Assembly (NCBI GenBank): GCA_021613535.1
Contig: CP075494.1
Span: 1,798,001-1,862,000, forward strand
Reading direction: 5' to 3'
From: Adineta vaga
Lineage: Eukaryota; Animalia; Rotifera
Length of the DNA stretch: 64,000 bases
Shown here: piece by piece, positions 14,216 to 26,121 of the stretch
How positions within the stretch are numbered: position 1 is the first letter of the stretch
Layout of the letters: every line of letters begins with the position of its first letter
Notes under the pieces: generated by a model
Database searches by the model: none
What the model was told of the DNA's origin: nothing
The model's input: the letters and a program-made list of their open reading frames with translations, nothing else
Translations under genes and position numbers: made by a program

Positions 14216-15142
14216 ATGGATGACAAGAACATAATCTACATTTTAGTATATGCTAAAATAATTCTTCTTGGTTTTACTTCAATTGGATCAATACTTTATA
14301 CTTTACCAATATGTCTGATTAAAAAATTTCATACATCTCTTAATTTCTTAAGTATTAATATTAGTATTACTTTATTTCTTTGTGTTGTATTTTGGGCAAT
14401 TTATTTCATTATGAATACATGGTATATTGATATATTTTGGACTGAAAAATCATGTTTATTAATATCATATTTACAAACAACCTTTAATTGTTTATTTATT
14501 TATAGTACATGTATTGCTTCATTAAATCGATTATTTGCTATTGTTTATCAAAGTAAAGTATTATTTCGAACAAAAAAGTGGGTTATGATATGTATTAGTA
14601 TACAATGGAGTATATCAATAATAATTCCTTTACCACATTTTAGATCAAGTTCACAAGTAAATTTAATGAATTGATAGAAATATCACAATAATAGTTTTCT
14701 TTTCTTTTAGCATTGTTTTACATCAGGTCCTGGACTTATTCAACAAATTTACTCATTATTTATTGTTAGTATTTTACCTTCAATCTTTTTGATAATAACT
14801 AATATCATTATTTTTATCAATGTTCATCGATCAACGCGACGTGTGCATTCAATGAAAAATGATCAAGATCAGTCATGTTCAACTCTTCATCCACGAGATG
14901 CGAAATTATTGAAACATATGATTTTCATGTTTGTTGTATTTTTTTGTGGTTGGACATCAATTTACATAGTAGGATTAGTGGATTGGAGTGAAAAAGATAT
15001 TACGTATGTTGTATTACATAGTGTTGCAATGTTACCACCAATATGTTTTGCTATTAATATAATCGATTTATTCTTATACAATCATGAATTACGAACATAT
15101 TATTCAAACAAGCTACGCAATCGATGTCAACCATCAACATAA
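14216..15142 (+). CDS. Rhodopsin-like 7TM GPCR; exons 14216-14656 and 14711-15142
   Basis: Seven hydrophobic segments; SLNRLFAIVY (DRY-equivalent); HMIFMFVVFFCGW; FLYNHELR. A 54-nt phase-0 intron joins the ORFs in frame. Confidence 0.88.
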
Positions 15143-16728
15143 ACATATTATATGTTATCTTTGTCATGTTTTCTTCGTCGTCTCATATATATCTCATTTT
15201 TAATCATAAAATAAAAAATGTATTTTAAAAATAAAACCTTTGAATATGGAAAGTCATTTCTAAAAATCAGTCGTTATTTCCCATCTTGAGAACTTGGGTA
15301 TATCTTCTACACTCACATCTATACCCTCACCCACACCCACACCCACACCCACCCACACCCTCAGCTTTGAAAGTAATGCAGTATACAGGTATTAACAAGA
15401 AAAAGTAATTTTATATCAAGACAAAGCTGTATAAAATTCACACTTTATAATCAATTTTTTTATTATAAAAGCTTATATATTATTGCATTGTTCTAAGTTT
15501 ATTTACTAGTTAGTTACCATGAAACGAGTTATGTCTTTCATCTGCGTCAGTTGTATTATCGTTATGTGTAACGATTTTTTAAAACCATCATACTATGCGT
15601 CATAGCTTAAGATCTAAGCAAAATAAATTCTAAGATTGTTAGTTCGTGATATCACTGAAATTTAATATAAATGTTTTCATATTCGTAACATGTTCCTTTA
15701 AACAAAATGTTTTTTTTTATTCTTCTCAACAGATAAAAATCAATGGTGCTTTTAGCATCAGGAGGAAGACAAAATTCAACAATCGAGCGAAATATTAATA
15801 TGAATTATTGCACAGCTAATTATATGAAGCATTGATATTTATATATATATATGAATTGTAATATGATAATTCACATATCTTAGTTTGTTATTGATTCATA
15901 TGCAGAGAATAACTCGAATGAATAGCACGAAATGTATATTTTTATTCAGGCTTCTTAATACAAAGTGTTACAGAAATGTACTAATGGAAAACAAATTTCT
16001 GTTTAGCTTCATTACAGCAAAATTACCGAGTTCTTTTAATAAAAATAAGGTTGTTCAACTGTTCAGCCGCTACCGTCATGGGCATCTCTGGTCTGTTCTT
16101 GTCTGTGTTTTGATTTAAATATAACGCTCGTTTATTTCTTTCCTCATATTTAAAAAAAATTAGAGAAAATATCTCATGATACTTGTGCAAAGAAAAAACT
16201 CAATGTAAAATAAATATTCACCTTTGGATTTTGGTTGCGTTGTAGTTACAACTACGCTTAACGGATGGCCCATTTTCCTATGTTGATTTTTAGATGAAGA
16301 AAATGCAAAGCACTGATTCTTTCTTTCCATTAAGAATGAGCTAACCTAGAACTTGACTCCAGCGATATATTTATTCAATGAACGGAAGAAAAGGGAAATA
16401 AAACAAAATTATAGTCGCTATAACAACACTAATGATAATCAGAATCAAAATACTAGCAGTAACAGCCATAAAAATCAAAACTTTTCTTTGACATACGACG
16501 TCTATTCGTTTAACCATCAAACATACTTACATGAAGAAATAAGAGAGCACACTCATTTTTTTTATACAAGTGTTACGATATAATCTCAAGAAAACAATGA
16601 TTCATTCAAGTACTCAAAAAGCGTCATGTTAAGAAAAAAAAACGATAACAAAAAAACAACATGCATTGTAATATAGATAGTATATTATGAAATAGTTTTA
16701 GTGTAATGCAAGTCATTTACATAAACAA

Positions 16729-18849
16729 ATGTTTCGATTCAAATTCTTCTTCTGTTTTATTCATATAAGTTTAATTATAACTTTAACCAAATCCGAATTT
16801 CCATGCCTTACTAATTCAATCATTTCTTGTCGTTGTAACAGCGATGAAAGTTTAGTTACTTGTATTGAAAATCGTCCAAGTAATGAAACATTTATCGATT
16901 GGTCAACATTTTCATCCGGTGGTCATCGATTTCATTTATTTAAATTCATCAATTTTACACATTTAACATCGAATACATTTACAAATTTCACATCAACAGT
17001 TCTTTCACTTGGAGAATTCGAATTCACATTTATCAATGGTATTGATCAAGTAAAAGAAAATACTTTTCAAATATTGAATTTCTATTCCGATACACCAATT
17101 ACTCTTATTTTTGAAAGTCCAAGAAATTTTCAACTTGCTGATTATGCATTTAGTCGACTAAAATATAGGGAAATCGTTATTTCTGGTATTCAAAATGATA
17201 ATCCTCCATATCAACTTAATCTAAAAGCATTTGATAATACACAAATTTATCAACTGAGTATTTCTAATTCTCCCGAATTTCATTTTATTTCTAATGGTTC
17301 ATCATCGATGAATATTACTCATATGAAATTGAAAAATTGTTCTTTAACAAATATTGATCTTCTTCTTGATAGTCTTTCAACATTCATATTAGATATAGAT
17401 TTATCATCAAATAAATTAAATTATATTCCATCATTCATGAAATTATCTACATTAAAGGATATTGACTTAAGTGCAAATTTATTTGAAGATGTCAAATCAA
17501 ATATATTTACAAATTTAACTCAACTAAATCGAATTAATTTATCACATAATCAAATCAAACATATTGTACCCGATGCATTTCTTGGATTAACACATTTATC
17601 TACTCTAGTTTTATACGATAATCATTTAACTTCACTTGAAACTATCACAGTTCATAATGAAGTTACATCATTTTTATATCCATTAGTTCAAACATTAACT
17701 ACATTGTATTTATCAAACAATTTTTTACATGATTTCAAACCTATACGAAATCTTTCATCTCTAAATTCATTACAAATATGTTGCAATAAAATTAAAATTT
17801 TGGATGAAAATTCATTTAAGAATGCACATAAACTTGAAACGATTGATTTGAGTTCTAATCATATTGAGTCAATTCATCCGATGGCTTTTAATGGAACAAT
17901 TCTGCTAAAGCTGGATCTATCATCAAATAGTTTCTCTTCGTTGGAAACAACAAAACATGTCATTGATGATCATTTTCATCCAAAAAATCAAACAAGCTCA
18001 TTTCTTGATACGCTTCAATCGACACTTATAGTTTTATCATTAGAAAATTGTACAAATCTATTAGAATTGAATTGGTTTGTTTTAACAAAATTAAGAAAAT
18101 TATCAATTGTGAAACTTTCAGGAATATCAAAAACAGACAAATTTTGGACATTAGAATCGAGAGACGGTTCAATTATTGATTTGGGTCATCCATCATTTGA
18201 GCTTCGAATTGCTCTTAGTGATATTCGCTTCAATAATAATGATTATTGTCTATCAAAGTCAATTTTTCGAATATTCAACAGAACAATTCTAGACGTTGAT
18301 AAAAATCATCCATGTAACTGTTTTATATTTATGATGAAAAAGAATTTCGGTGCGGGTTATCGTCCAATATGTTTATCAAACCAATCAATTGTGCAAGAAC
18401 TAACTCAAGACTGTATGAATATTGATTTATCCTGTTTATCACTGGCAAATAGTACAACTATACCATCAACTCAATCTTCACCATCATCTATGACTAATAC
18501 TTCAACAGAAACTTCATCGACGTCTAAAGTGACAACTATATCATCAAGTCAATCCTCACCAACTATAAGCAGTACTTTGACAGTAACAACAGGATCAACA
18601 ACAGCTTCATCTATATCAAGTTTGACAACATCAGTTACAACAACAACAAATGCACCAACTACACTACGAACAATAATAAAAGATGATGGAAAATGGAAAA
18701 CAATATTAGCAATAACAATTCCTTTAACAGCTGTTTCTATTATTGCAGCTGGAACCAGTATTTTTATTGTTAAAAGATGGAAAAAAAAGAATTCTAAGGA
18801 AAATATTGAGATGCTAACTGGATTTGAAAATTTATTAGCGAGAAAATAA
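16729..18849 (+). CDS. Leucine-rich-repeat single-pass membrane receptor with Ser/Thr stalk
   Basis: Signal peptide; Cys N-cap; LxxLxLSxNxI repeats; PCNC C-cap; mucin-like S/T region; TM (ILAITIPL..IFIV) and short basic tail. Intronless. Confidence 0.9.
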   Translation: MFRFKFFFCFIHISLIITLTKSEFPCLTNSIISCRCNSDESLVTCIENRPSNETFIDWSTFSSGGHRFHLFKFINFTHLTSNTFTNFTSTVLSLGEFEFTFINGIDQVKENTFQILNFYSDTPITLIFESPRNFQLADYAFSRLKYREIVISGIQNDNPPYQLNLKAFDNTQIYQLSISNSPEFHFISNGSSSMNITHMKLKNCSLTNIDLLLDSLSTFILDIDLSSNKLNYIPSFMKLSTLKDIDLSANLFEDVKSNIFTNLTQLNRINLSHNQIKHIVPDAFLGLTHLSTLVLYDNHLTSLETITVHNEVTSFLYPLVQTLTTLYLSNNFLHDFKPIRNLSSLNSLQICCNKIKILDENSFKNAHKLETIDLSSNHIESIHPMAFNGTILLKLDLSSNSFSSLETTKHVIDDHFHPKNQTSSFLDTLQSTLIVLSLENCTNLLELNWFVLTKLRKLSIVKLSGISKTDKFWTLESRDGSIIDLGHPSFELRIALSDIRFNNNDYCLSKSIFRIFNRTILDVDKNHPCNCFIFMMKKNFGAGYRPICLSNQSIVQELTQDCMNIDLSCLSLANSTTIPSTQSSPSSMTNTSTETSSTSKVTTISSSQSSPTISSTLTVTTGSTTASSISSLTTSVTTTTNAPTTLRTIIKDDGKWKTILAITIPLTAVSIIAAGTSIFIVKRWKKKNSKENIEMLTGFENLLARK

Positions 18850-20155
18850 CTTTTTGTATTAATTATATTTATTTTATTTTGGAATAAATTTTCAGGATGT
18901 AAATGAATGAGTGATACCATTTTCAAGATCTGGCGAGTTGTTTGATGCTCTGTACCGTGTGCTTTAGTGGCTAATTCAATTGCTTTTTTAAAGTGTTTAA
19001 TAGCAGACTCCCAGCTATTCGTTTTTGTACAGATTTGACCGAGTAATTGTTGACATTCTAAATGAAAACTATATTCATTTTCATTACTATTATTGAGAGC
19101 AAGTTGTAGGTTGGTACAAGCTTGTTCATATTCCTTAAGATTATGGTGAATAGTGGCAATATTATAATAAATGATACCTATCTCTTTTCTATCAGTATCG
19201 GGACATTTTGAATAACAATGTTGTGCTGCTATATATTGTCCAATCACTAATTGATTTTCTTCCCTATGATTATAAAGAACACCTAAATTATTATGTATTC
19301 TACCAGCGAATAAAGACTCTTTCTCCATTTCTTCATGTAAAAGACGTAAGAAGCGTTCGCGTGCAATATCAAATCGTTTAATACGGAAAAAAGATTTCAC
19401 AATATGTGCATATAAATCTTTGTCTGAGTCTGTCCTAGAAAGTGTTCGAATTATATCTAATGCTATGTGATCAACCAAAATCATTGAGAATGTCTCGTAT
19501 AATCTCTCACGAATTGGATGGTTCGGAGCTAGAGACGCATATTCAATTATTTGCTTGATTAATTCAGTGTGGTTAGATGGCAATGAACTTAAAAATATAG
19601 ATTCGGCTTTAAAGAATTGCTCGAGAGCTTGTGGTACATTGCTCATTAGAAAATATAAGAATCCGATACTGACGCAAGTTGTGGCAATCGATGGATGATT
19701 ACATGGCAGTAGTTCAAGTTCACTTTTTTTATAAAACATTAAAGCTTCTTGTAGTTTTCCTTTTTCTGTTAGAGCATTTGCCATGCCATGATAGATAGTA
19801 TGAATGAGTTCTAGTTCATTTACTTCGTTGTGTTTAAGGACAAATAGCGCATACCGATAATGAATAATTGCTTGAATGAAATTTTGTTTTGCACTATATG
19901 TCAACGCTATATTACTTTGAACAATAGCAAACCAAGGTGAAAAAATTCCAATAGTAGTTGCCGTTTCATTCAAAGCTTTATGATAATATTGCATGGCTGT
20001 ATCTAAATAGCCTTGTTGTCGACAAATTTCTCCGAGATTATTATAAATAACACTTATATCATAGTGAGTGTCAGGTAGTTCAGCTAATAATAATTGATAA
20101 AAATGTGTAGCTTGTTCATAGTCGCCAAATTTTGAGAGAAGTAAACCGAGTTCAA
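18549..20155 (-). pseudogene. TPR-repeat gene, 5'-truncated by a piggyBac end (probable C-terminal half of an ART-TPR gene)
   Basis: TPR motifs (NNLG, YNIA, HPSIATT). The frame continues upstream of the ORF-track ATG (LIELGLLLSKFGDYEQA..YNNLGEICRQQG) until the TTAA at 20156-20159. Confidence 0.8.
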
Positions 20156-20159
20156 TTAA

Positions 20160-20619
20160 CCCTCAAATGCCCACCTGGGGTCCGCACGGACCCCAACTAG
20201 TTTCATTCGAATGTTTTACACATGCGACCGCAGATTATATCGGACCACTGTAGATATGCTCTAGTGAAGACTAGTATACGTATATCATAGAAAGCATTCG
20301 CTTATCTTCTGTCTATGAGATAAATTACCTCAAAGTAATATATACGTTTATCACTCATCTGGGGTCCACTTGGACTCCATAATAAAACATTAGTTTCCGC
20401 TTATTATTTGATTATAAATTTTTCATTCTGATATTTTATACATTTGTCCGTTCCTATCAGAGTATTGTATAGCTATCTAATAAACTGTAAAGCATGTCAT
20501 TGACTTTAGAACATCATATTGTTTATATCTGAGTACCCTTACAAGCTATCTATTATTCTTCTAAATAATTATGTCCGCCATATAAAAGTTGAATATTTTA
20601 ATCAAGAATAATTCTAGCC
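20160..20619. mobile_element. Single terminus of a piggyBac-like element
   Basis: TTAA target followed by CCCTCAAATGCCCACC; palindromic TGGGGTCCgcacGGACCCCA; subterminal repeat CTGGGGTCCacttGGACTCCA at about 20359. The other end is missing and the fragment stops at a telomeric tract. Confidence 0.7.
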
Positions 20620-20729
20620 AGGGTGTGGATGTAGGTGGCGATGTGGGTGTGGATACTACATCTTTCTAATAACCACCCACACCCACACACCCACACCCAC
20701 ACCCACACACACACACACACCCTCAAGAT

Positions 20730-21183
20730 AGAACATATGGATAAATTAATATTTCCTCTTCTTCAGAAAATTTTGATCGAATTTCCATATGAAGTGCTGT
20801 ATATCGCTGATTGTGAAGGTGATATGTACAAAAAAGTGATATTTCATATTCATTATTTGAATTTGTCTCTTTAAATTGATTTAAACTTGGATGAAACATA
20901 AGTGATAAAAATGCTTGAATATCATCTTGAGTATGTGCTAAAATAACACAATTAAGTGATGTACAATAAAGTTTGAATTCATGATATGCATTTTTTGCCA
21001 TATTTTTTTTGATTTTCTTGGTAAATACACTTGAACATGTATAAGCATATAGAATATATTGAGGATCATCATAAGCACTTGCAAAATCAAAAGTTTCTAA
21101 AATTTCTTTCCATGTTTGAGGATCCTTTGATTTATCAATATTATTTAAATAACCTTTTTTTAATGCATAGATCGAATCTTTAA
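20730..21183 (-). pseudogene. ADP-ribosyltransferase (ART) domain fragment
   Basis: Exon after a CAG acceptor reads KDSIYALKKGY..ILYAYTCSSVF..HPSLNQFK..RSKFSEEEEILIYPY. The ExE-type motif is present; the R and STS motifs are not seen. It is cut by the ATCTTGAGGG telomeric tract. Confidence 0.6.
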
Positions 21184-21250
21184 CTGTCAGATTTGGTCAA
21201 AAGAGAAACGAAATCTAAATGAAATTAGAATTAAGTATATTTAATTAATT

Positions 21251-21503
21251 CCCAGTTCAAATAATCCGGTTCGGAACCGGCCAGTTCCGGGACTTTCCGG
21301 TGACTAAATCCTGTTATCGGATTTACTTCGTTTTAGTGGGAACCGACAAGAACCTGCCATAACCGATAGTCGGATACGATCTCCGATTCCCTCAGCAGGA
21401 TACCAGACACTTTCCCATGGTATCCAACGCGGAAAACATAGATATCCTGCAGGTATTCGTCGGGAATAAGCGGAATCCTGCTTCCAGGAACCATCGTTCT
21501 GGG
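21251..21503. mobile_element. Short non-autonomous element with CCCAG..CTGGG termini
   Basis: GC-richer CCGG/GGAA-rich 250-bp block with 5-bp inverted ends in AT-rich context. Confidence 0.45.
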
Positions 21504-21867
21504 TATATATGATTGCGTCTATTGATCACACAGAAAATCATTTCGTTGATTTCAATAATTAATTATTTTCACCTGAAATTATTAGATTAAGTTGTTTTAA
21601 TAAATGATATTATTGTATTTGATGAAAATTTTGAAAAGAATTCAGAAACAAAAAAAAACATATTGAAGATAAAGTGAATGTTGAAAAATTTCTATCTTGA
21701 GGGTGTGAGGGTAAGGATGTGGAAATAACACCATCACCCTCAACACCTGAAAAATTCTATATTAAAAATAAGGACGTTCTGTTCAGCCCGCTATAATCTT
21801 ATCTATAATAATCTCAAATGTCTGAGTTTGGAAAGTTGTTCGGTCCGTTGCATCGCTGCCCAACACC

Positions 21868-22707
21868 CTATTTCACCTCCGCATACATCTCCAACGCATC
21901 ATGCAACCGCCCAAAAAGACCTCCATGACAACTTCTCACCTCTTCCCATTCACTCTCCGGTAGAGTCACACGCATCATCCGCAGCCACGCACCAACGATC
22001 AAGTCCGCATAGCTAGCCCTTGTTCCGAGTAGAAAGGGCCCACTAGTGTCCCTCAAGAATAGCTTAGCCAGACCACCCAGCATATTCCGGAACGAATCCT
22101 TCATCTTCTCTCGCTCCTCGCCAACCAATGCAAAGTCCTCCCAGCACGTAACACCCGCGCGCCGGACGAATTCCGCCTTACTTATCTCGGCAGTAGCTGG
22201 ATCGAACGGAAAACCCTGAAGCGTAAGCTGTACATGTGCGGTAAAGGCCGCGTCGACGTTCATATTGAACTTGGCGTATTCAGGAAATTCACTCTCGCGA
22301 CACTCCGATAGCGGTACAAGTGATGCATGATCAGGCGCGAAGATGTAGTCGATCGTCTGAGGAGGGAAAAGGTCGCCCGCGCCCGAGTTTGGATACGTGT
22401 TCTGCAGGTAGACCGCGATATCGAAGGAGTCGCCGACCAACGAACCAGTGGCGGGATCCTCGATGACAGGCAGGGTAAAGAAGTCGGTGCCATCGGCGAA
22501 TTTGCGACAGGGTGGTACTTTGAGACTGCTGCGAACTTTTGCAACGTCGGGTAAAGCCACCCATGAGGTCGAGTATGGGAGACCTTTGAAGTTGAGTGCC
22601 AGTCGGGTTTTCCAAGGGTTTGGTGAGCAACAGTTTTTCTCCATGGGGGGACGCATGGCGATGTCATAGAAGACGATAGGGCTGGATGAAATTGAGGCCG
22701 TCGGCAT
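21868..22707 (-). CDS. Fungal-type glutathione S-transferase (GST_N_3, LigE/etherase-like family), probable horizontal acquisition
   Basis: IVFYDI..CCSPNPWKTRLALNFKGLPY; TLPVIEDPATGSLVGDSFDIAVYLQNTYP; GPFLLGTRASYADLIVGAWL. Intronless and visibly much more GC-rich than the flanks. Confidence 0.88.
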   Translation of the reverse strand: MPTASISSSPIVFYDIAMRPPMEKNCCSPNPWKTRLALNFKGLPYSTSWVALPDVAKVRSSLKVPPCRKFADGTDFFTLPVIEDPATGSLVGDSFDIAVYLQNTYPNSGAGDLFPPQTIDYIFAPDHASLVPLSECRESEFPEYAKFNMNVDAAFTAHVQLTLQGFPFDPATAEISKAEFVRRAGVTCWEDFALVGEEREKMKDSFRNMLGGLAKLFLRDTSGPFLLGTRASYADLIVGAWLRMMRVTLPESEWEEVRSCHGGLFGRLHDALEMYAEVK

Positions 22708-24090
22708 GGTGAATGATGGAAATGTGATAGGAAGACTTTTCTCCTAGAGACTGGATATTGTGTCTTTGAAAAGGAAAATGGCCTGATGGCTCAATAGAAT
22801 ATATCTGTCAAGAAAAAAATAAACAGAATTATAGGTGATGAAGAAAAATAGTAAACGTTGCGTCAAAAGAGTCACAAACTTCGTACACAGTATATATTCT
22901 TTTTCAGTTTATTTATCTTAGCAGATTTGCTGCTTCATTCGTTCCTAGACTAAGATTGTGTTTTCGCTCAACTACTACCAATGCAAAGATCTCGAAAGTA
23001 GCGTTTCTATGGAATCAAAGTTCACGTTACTCTTTCCATCACACATAGTTTAGAGAGCCAAAACGCTTTTTTTGCTCAACAAACGTATGTAAAATTCAGC
23101 TGTTAACAACCGAGTGTTCTAAAAAGAAAGATTCATAAATACATATGGCATTGCTACCTGGAACATATTAGTCCATTACCGAACATGGTGCAACCGCGAG
23201 GAAAGCAGTTGCAAGCCCCAAAAAGTAGCCTAAACTAGAGAACAGTCTTTACAAGAGACACATAATGACGACTTCCTACAATATGCTGATACGTTCCCCA
23301 ATTTTTAGTTGAGCTAAATGACATGACTCTTAGATACAGCGTTTTTAATAAGATTTTTTTCCAGAGTATACAATCAAAGAATCTTTTTAAAAAACAGAGT
23401 ATATTTGTATACTTTAGTTTAAAAAAGAGAAGATATGTATATCCAACAACACTTCTAGACTGGAGGTTGATAAATTCGTTGTCGGAAGCTAGCCGTGCGA
23501 ACTATCCGTGCGATAATAGCCAGCACAGAAATCCTTCATTTCATAGAACGTAAAAAGTTTCCTTTCGCTCGATTTCTATGAATATTTTTGAAGATTTTAA
23601 GCGATAGTTCCATGTCTTAGCACAGCTAGATAGTAGAAAGTCAAATGTTTTTATTAATATAAAAAAATAAACACGCATTTAATACGTTAAACACACTGCT
23701 CATCTCACAAGGGCAGCTAATGTGGTGAAAGAGGAGGCCGCCGCCCCTCATATGGGAGGGATTTCTGTTTTATCGAGAGACGTTTAGTGTAAGTCAGTAT
23801 GGACTATTATAGGTCACTCACCACTGTGAAACTGGTTACCGGTATGATATGGTGAAACGATGATTCACCACAATTGCATGCCCATTAGTGATCATGGTTT
23901 AAAATTTTCAAAACATTTTTTTTTGATCATCATCGATGCGGACAAATGAAAACATTTATTATTTGTTTGACTAATTTTACTGAGTTTTTCAAGCTTTTGA
24001 AAACGAAAACAGGAAGACTAATGACTGGAAAGATGTATACTAGAAAAGATTAGAGAATACATTAAAATCTATTTCACGTAGCAAAGCACC

Positions 24091-24283
24091 TAGGCATGCA
24101 CCGAATTCGAACTATAGTTCGGAGTTCGGGGTTTGGGTTCGATCTCAAGGTCGGGTTCGGGTTCGGTCCTTTTTAAACATGATTATTTATTTCTGAGGCG
24201 CTGATCGCACTTCCTTTTATCAACATCTACAAAATGACTGTATTTTAGATCGAACCCAAACGTTCAGGCTCGGTGCGTGCCTA
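24091..24283. mobile_element. hAT-type MITE
   Basis: TIRs TAGGCATGCACCGA / TCGGTGCGTGCCTA; degenerate 8-bp TSD AAAGCACC / AAAACATC; internal GGTTCG repeats. Confidence 0.75.
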
Positions 24284-25778
24284 AAAACATCTAAAACTAT
24301 ATTGTCCATCTGATAGAAACGATGGCGACTCCAATTTTTACAACTTTACATAGGAAACAACGACACAGCAACTACAGTCTTGACAGATCAAGGACAAAGG
24401 CTCAGTTTTTTTCTTGTTTTTGGAAAAAAGTGACAGTAAAAGATGCAGCTCAGTCATTCACCTTATACCTCTCGTAACAATATGATAAAGAAATCATCTG
24501 TTTCGAATAGAGCTTCTCTCGTATGTGTTCTCGTACGAAAATGACTATGGTAAAAACATTCTGATTTTTTTTCACTCGAAAACTACAATGAAAAGTATGA
24601 CTACAACTTGATTGGTTGCGCAGTTTATTTCTTGTCTACTCAACTCCAAAAACGAAACGCAGAATAATCCACTCTGTTTCTTTTTCGTTACCACCACAGT
24701 TCAGCTCGTTTTCTGTAAACAGAAAAAAAGAAATAAATTTACATGACAACCTACACTGTTCAATCAATCGGAATTCAATAAGAGTTTTACTTACTATGGT
24801 GAAGATAAAAAGTGATATTGCGCACGTTCATACCTCTTGGTCAATCAAATCGATTTGAAATCTTTGAAACATGATGAGGTTGATTCAGTTCCAGATAAGT
24901 GAAGGAGGTTCTCCTCTATTGAAAACTGATATTCTAACGCCTGATTTCTGACAACTGTTGAATTATTCATTGCTGTCGATTGACTTTGCTTTTTATACCC
25001 ATAAAAATGTAATACTCTACTGAAAGTAAAATAATTTTGACATCTCTCACTAATAAATCAGGATGTGTCATTGCTACCTACGATTTCAATAATTCCCACT
25101 ACGTAAAAAAAATCTAAGAATGAAAGCAGGTAACAACTTGCAAGTGATGAAAAAATCGCCCACTCTGTTATTCATGACCCACAGTAAATAATATCGAAAA
25201 GAAAAAAACATAAAAATAAAATCTGGTGCATTTTTTTGTCCTTTTTTGTCCTTATCAGTATCTACTCCTTTTTTTATTTTTTCTTTCTCTTACTTTTCAT
25301 TCCTTTCAATCGTTTTTGTTACACAAGAAATATACCGCCGCTGCCGCCGCCACCGTCGTCGTCGCAGTCGCGTTAAAAAGACTGTAATTTAAAACGTGTA
25401 AAGAAGAAAAAAAAACATTATTCTTTCTCTTTCTATATTGGTTCCATTTTTCTTTTCAAATTTACTGCAGCTCGTGTTGCTCTCTCAAGACAATATCATA
25501 CTAAAATCTATTTAATTCAATATTGAACTTAAAAACAAAGAACAAGTGTCTCATTTTCAAACTCAAAATGAGACATGTACAGAATTAGTGTAACTTTTCC
25601 ACGTTTGAGGGTGAGGGATGTGAGAGTGTGGGTGATGGTGAGTTTGTACATAGGATTAAAAAGAAACTTTAATCAGAAATCTTTCAATTTGCCCACGATA
25701 CAATCTAATCGAATCCAATTGAGGTATCCACGGCGATATACTTAGATAAGTACGAAAAACTTATCCAAAAAGATCATG

Positions 25779-25850
25779 AAATCAAAGCAGGACTCGAACC
25801 CACATCTTCCGATAACCGGTCGGCTATTTTACCAATTAAACTATTTGATT
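25779..25850 (-). other. tRNA-like sequence (pseudo-tRNA or SINE head)
   Basis: 72 nt: acceptor stem AATCAAA/TTTGATT; A-box TAGTTTAATTGGT; anticodon arm CCGA-CCGGTTA-TCGG (GGT at the anticodon position, non-canonical loop); B-box GGTTCGAGTCC. Confidence 0.7.
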
Positions 25851-26121
25851 TTCTCTTCCGTTAATTAATAACAACATATCAAAACTTCAAAATGAATTTC
25901 GACATAGGAAGTTCAGGACAACAATGGTCAAATGATTAACTAATAAAGAATCTTTGTTGTTGCACGAGGACTTAAAGAAATTGGTGAAGTAGACGAAGCC
26001 ACTTCTGATATAGCAAAACAGAACTCTTGTTCACGATATATAAAAGATATCTAAAAAGATATCAAAATACATCAGAACAGTGGAGTTACTATATCTTTCA
26101 TTTCGTGACCACAAAATTAAG

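Noticed and set aside
20635-20874. HT-repeat ORF
   Set aside because: Arises from the CA-rich tract and the antisense of the ART fragment.
21828-22669. Several alternative-frame ORFs over the GST
   Set aside because: By-product of locally high GC; no recognisable motifs.
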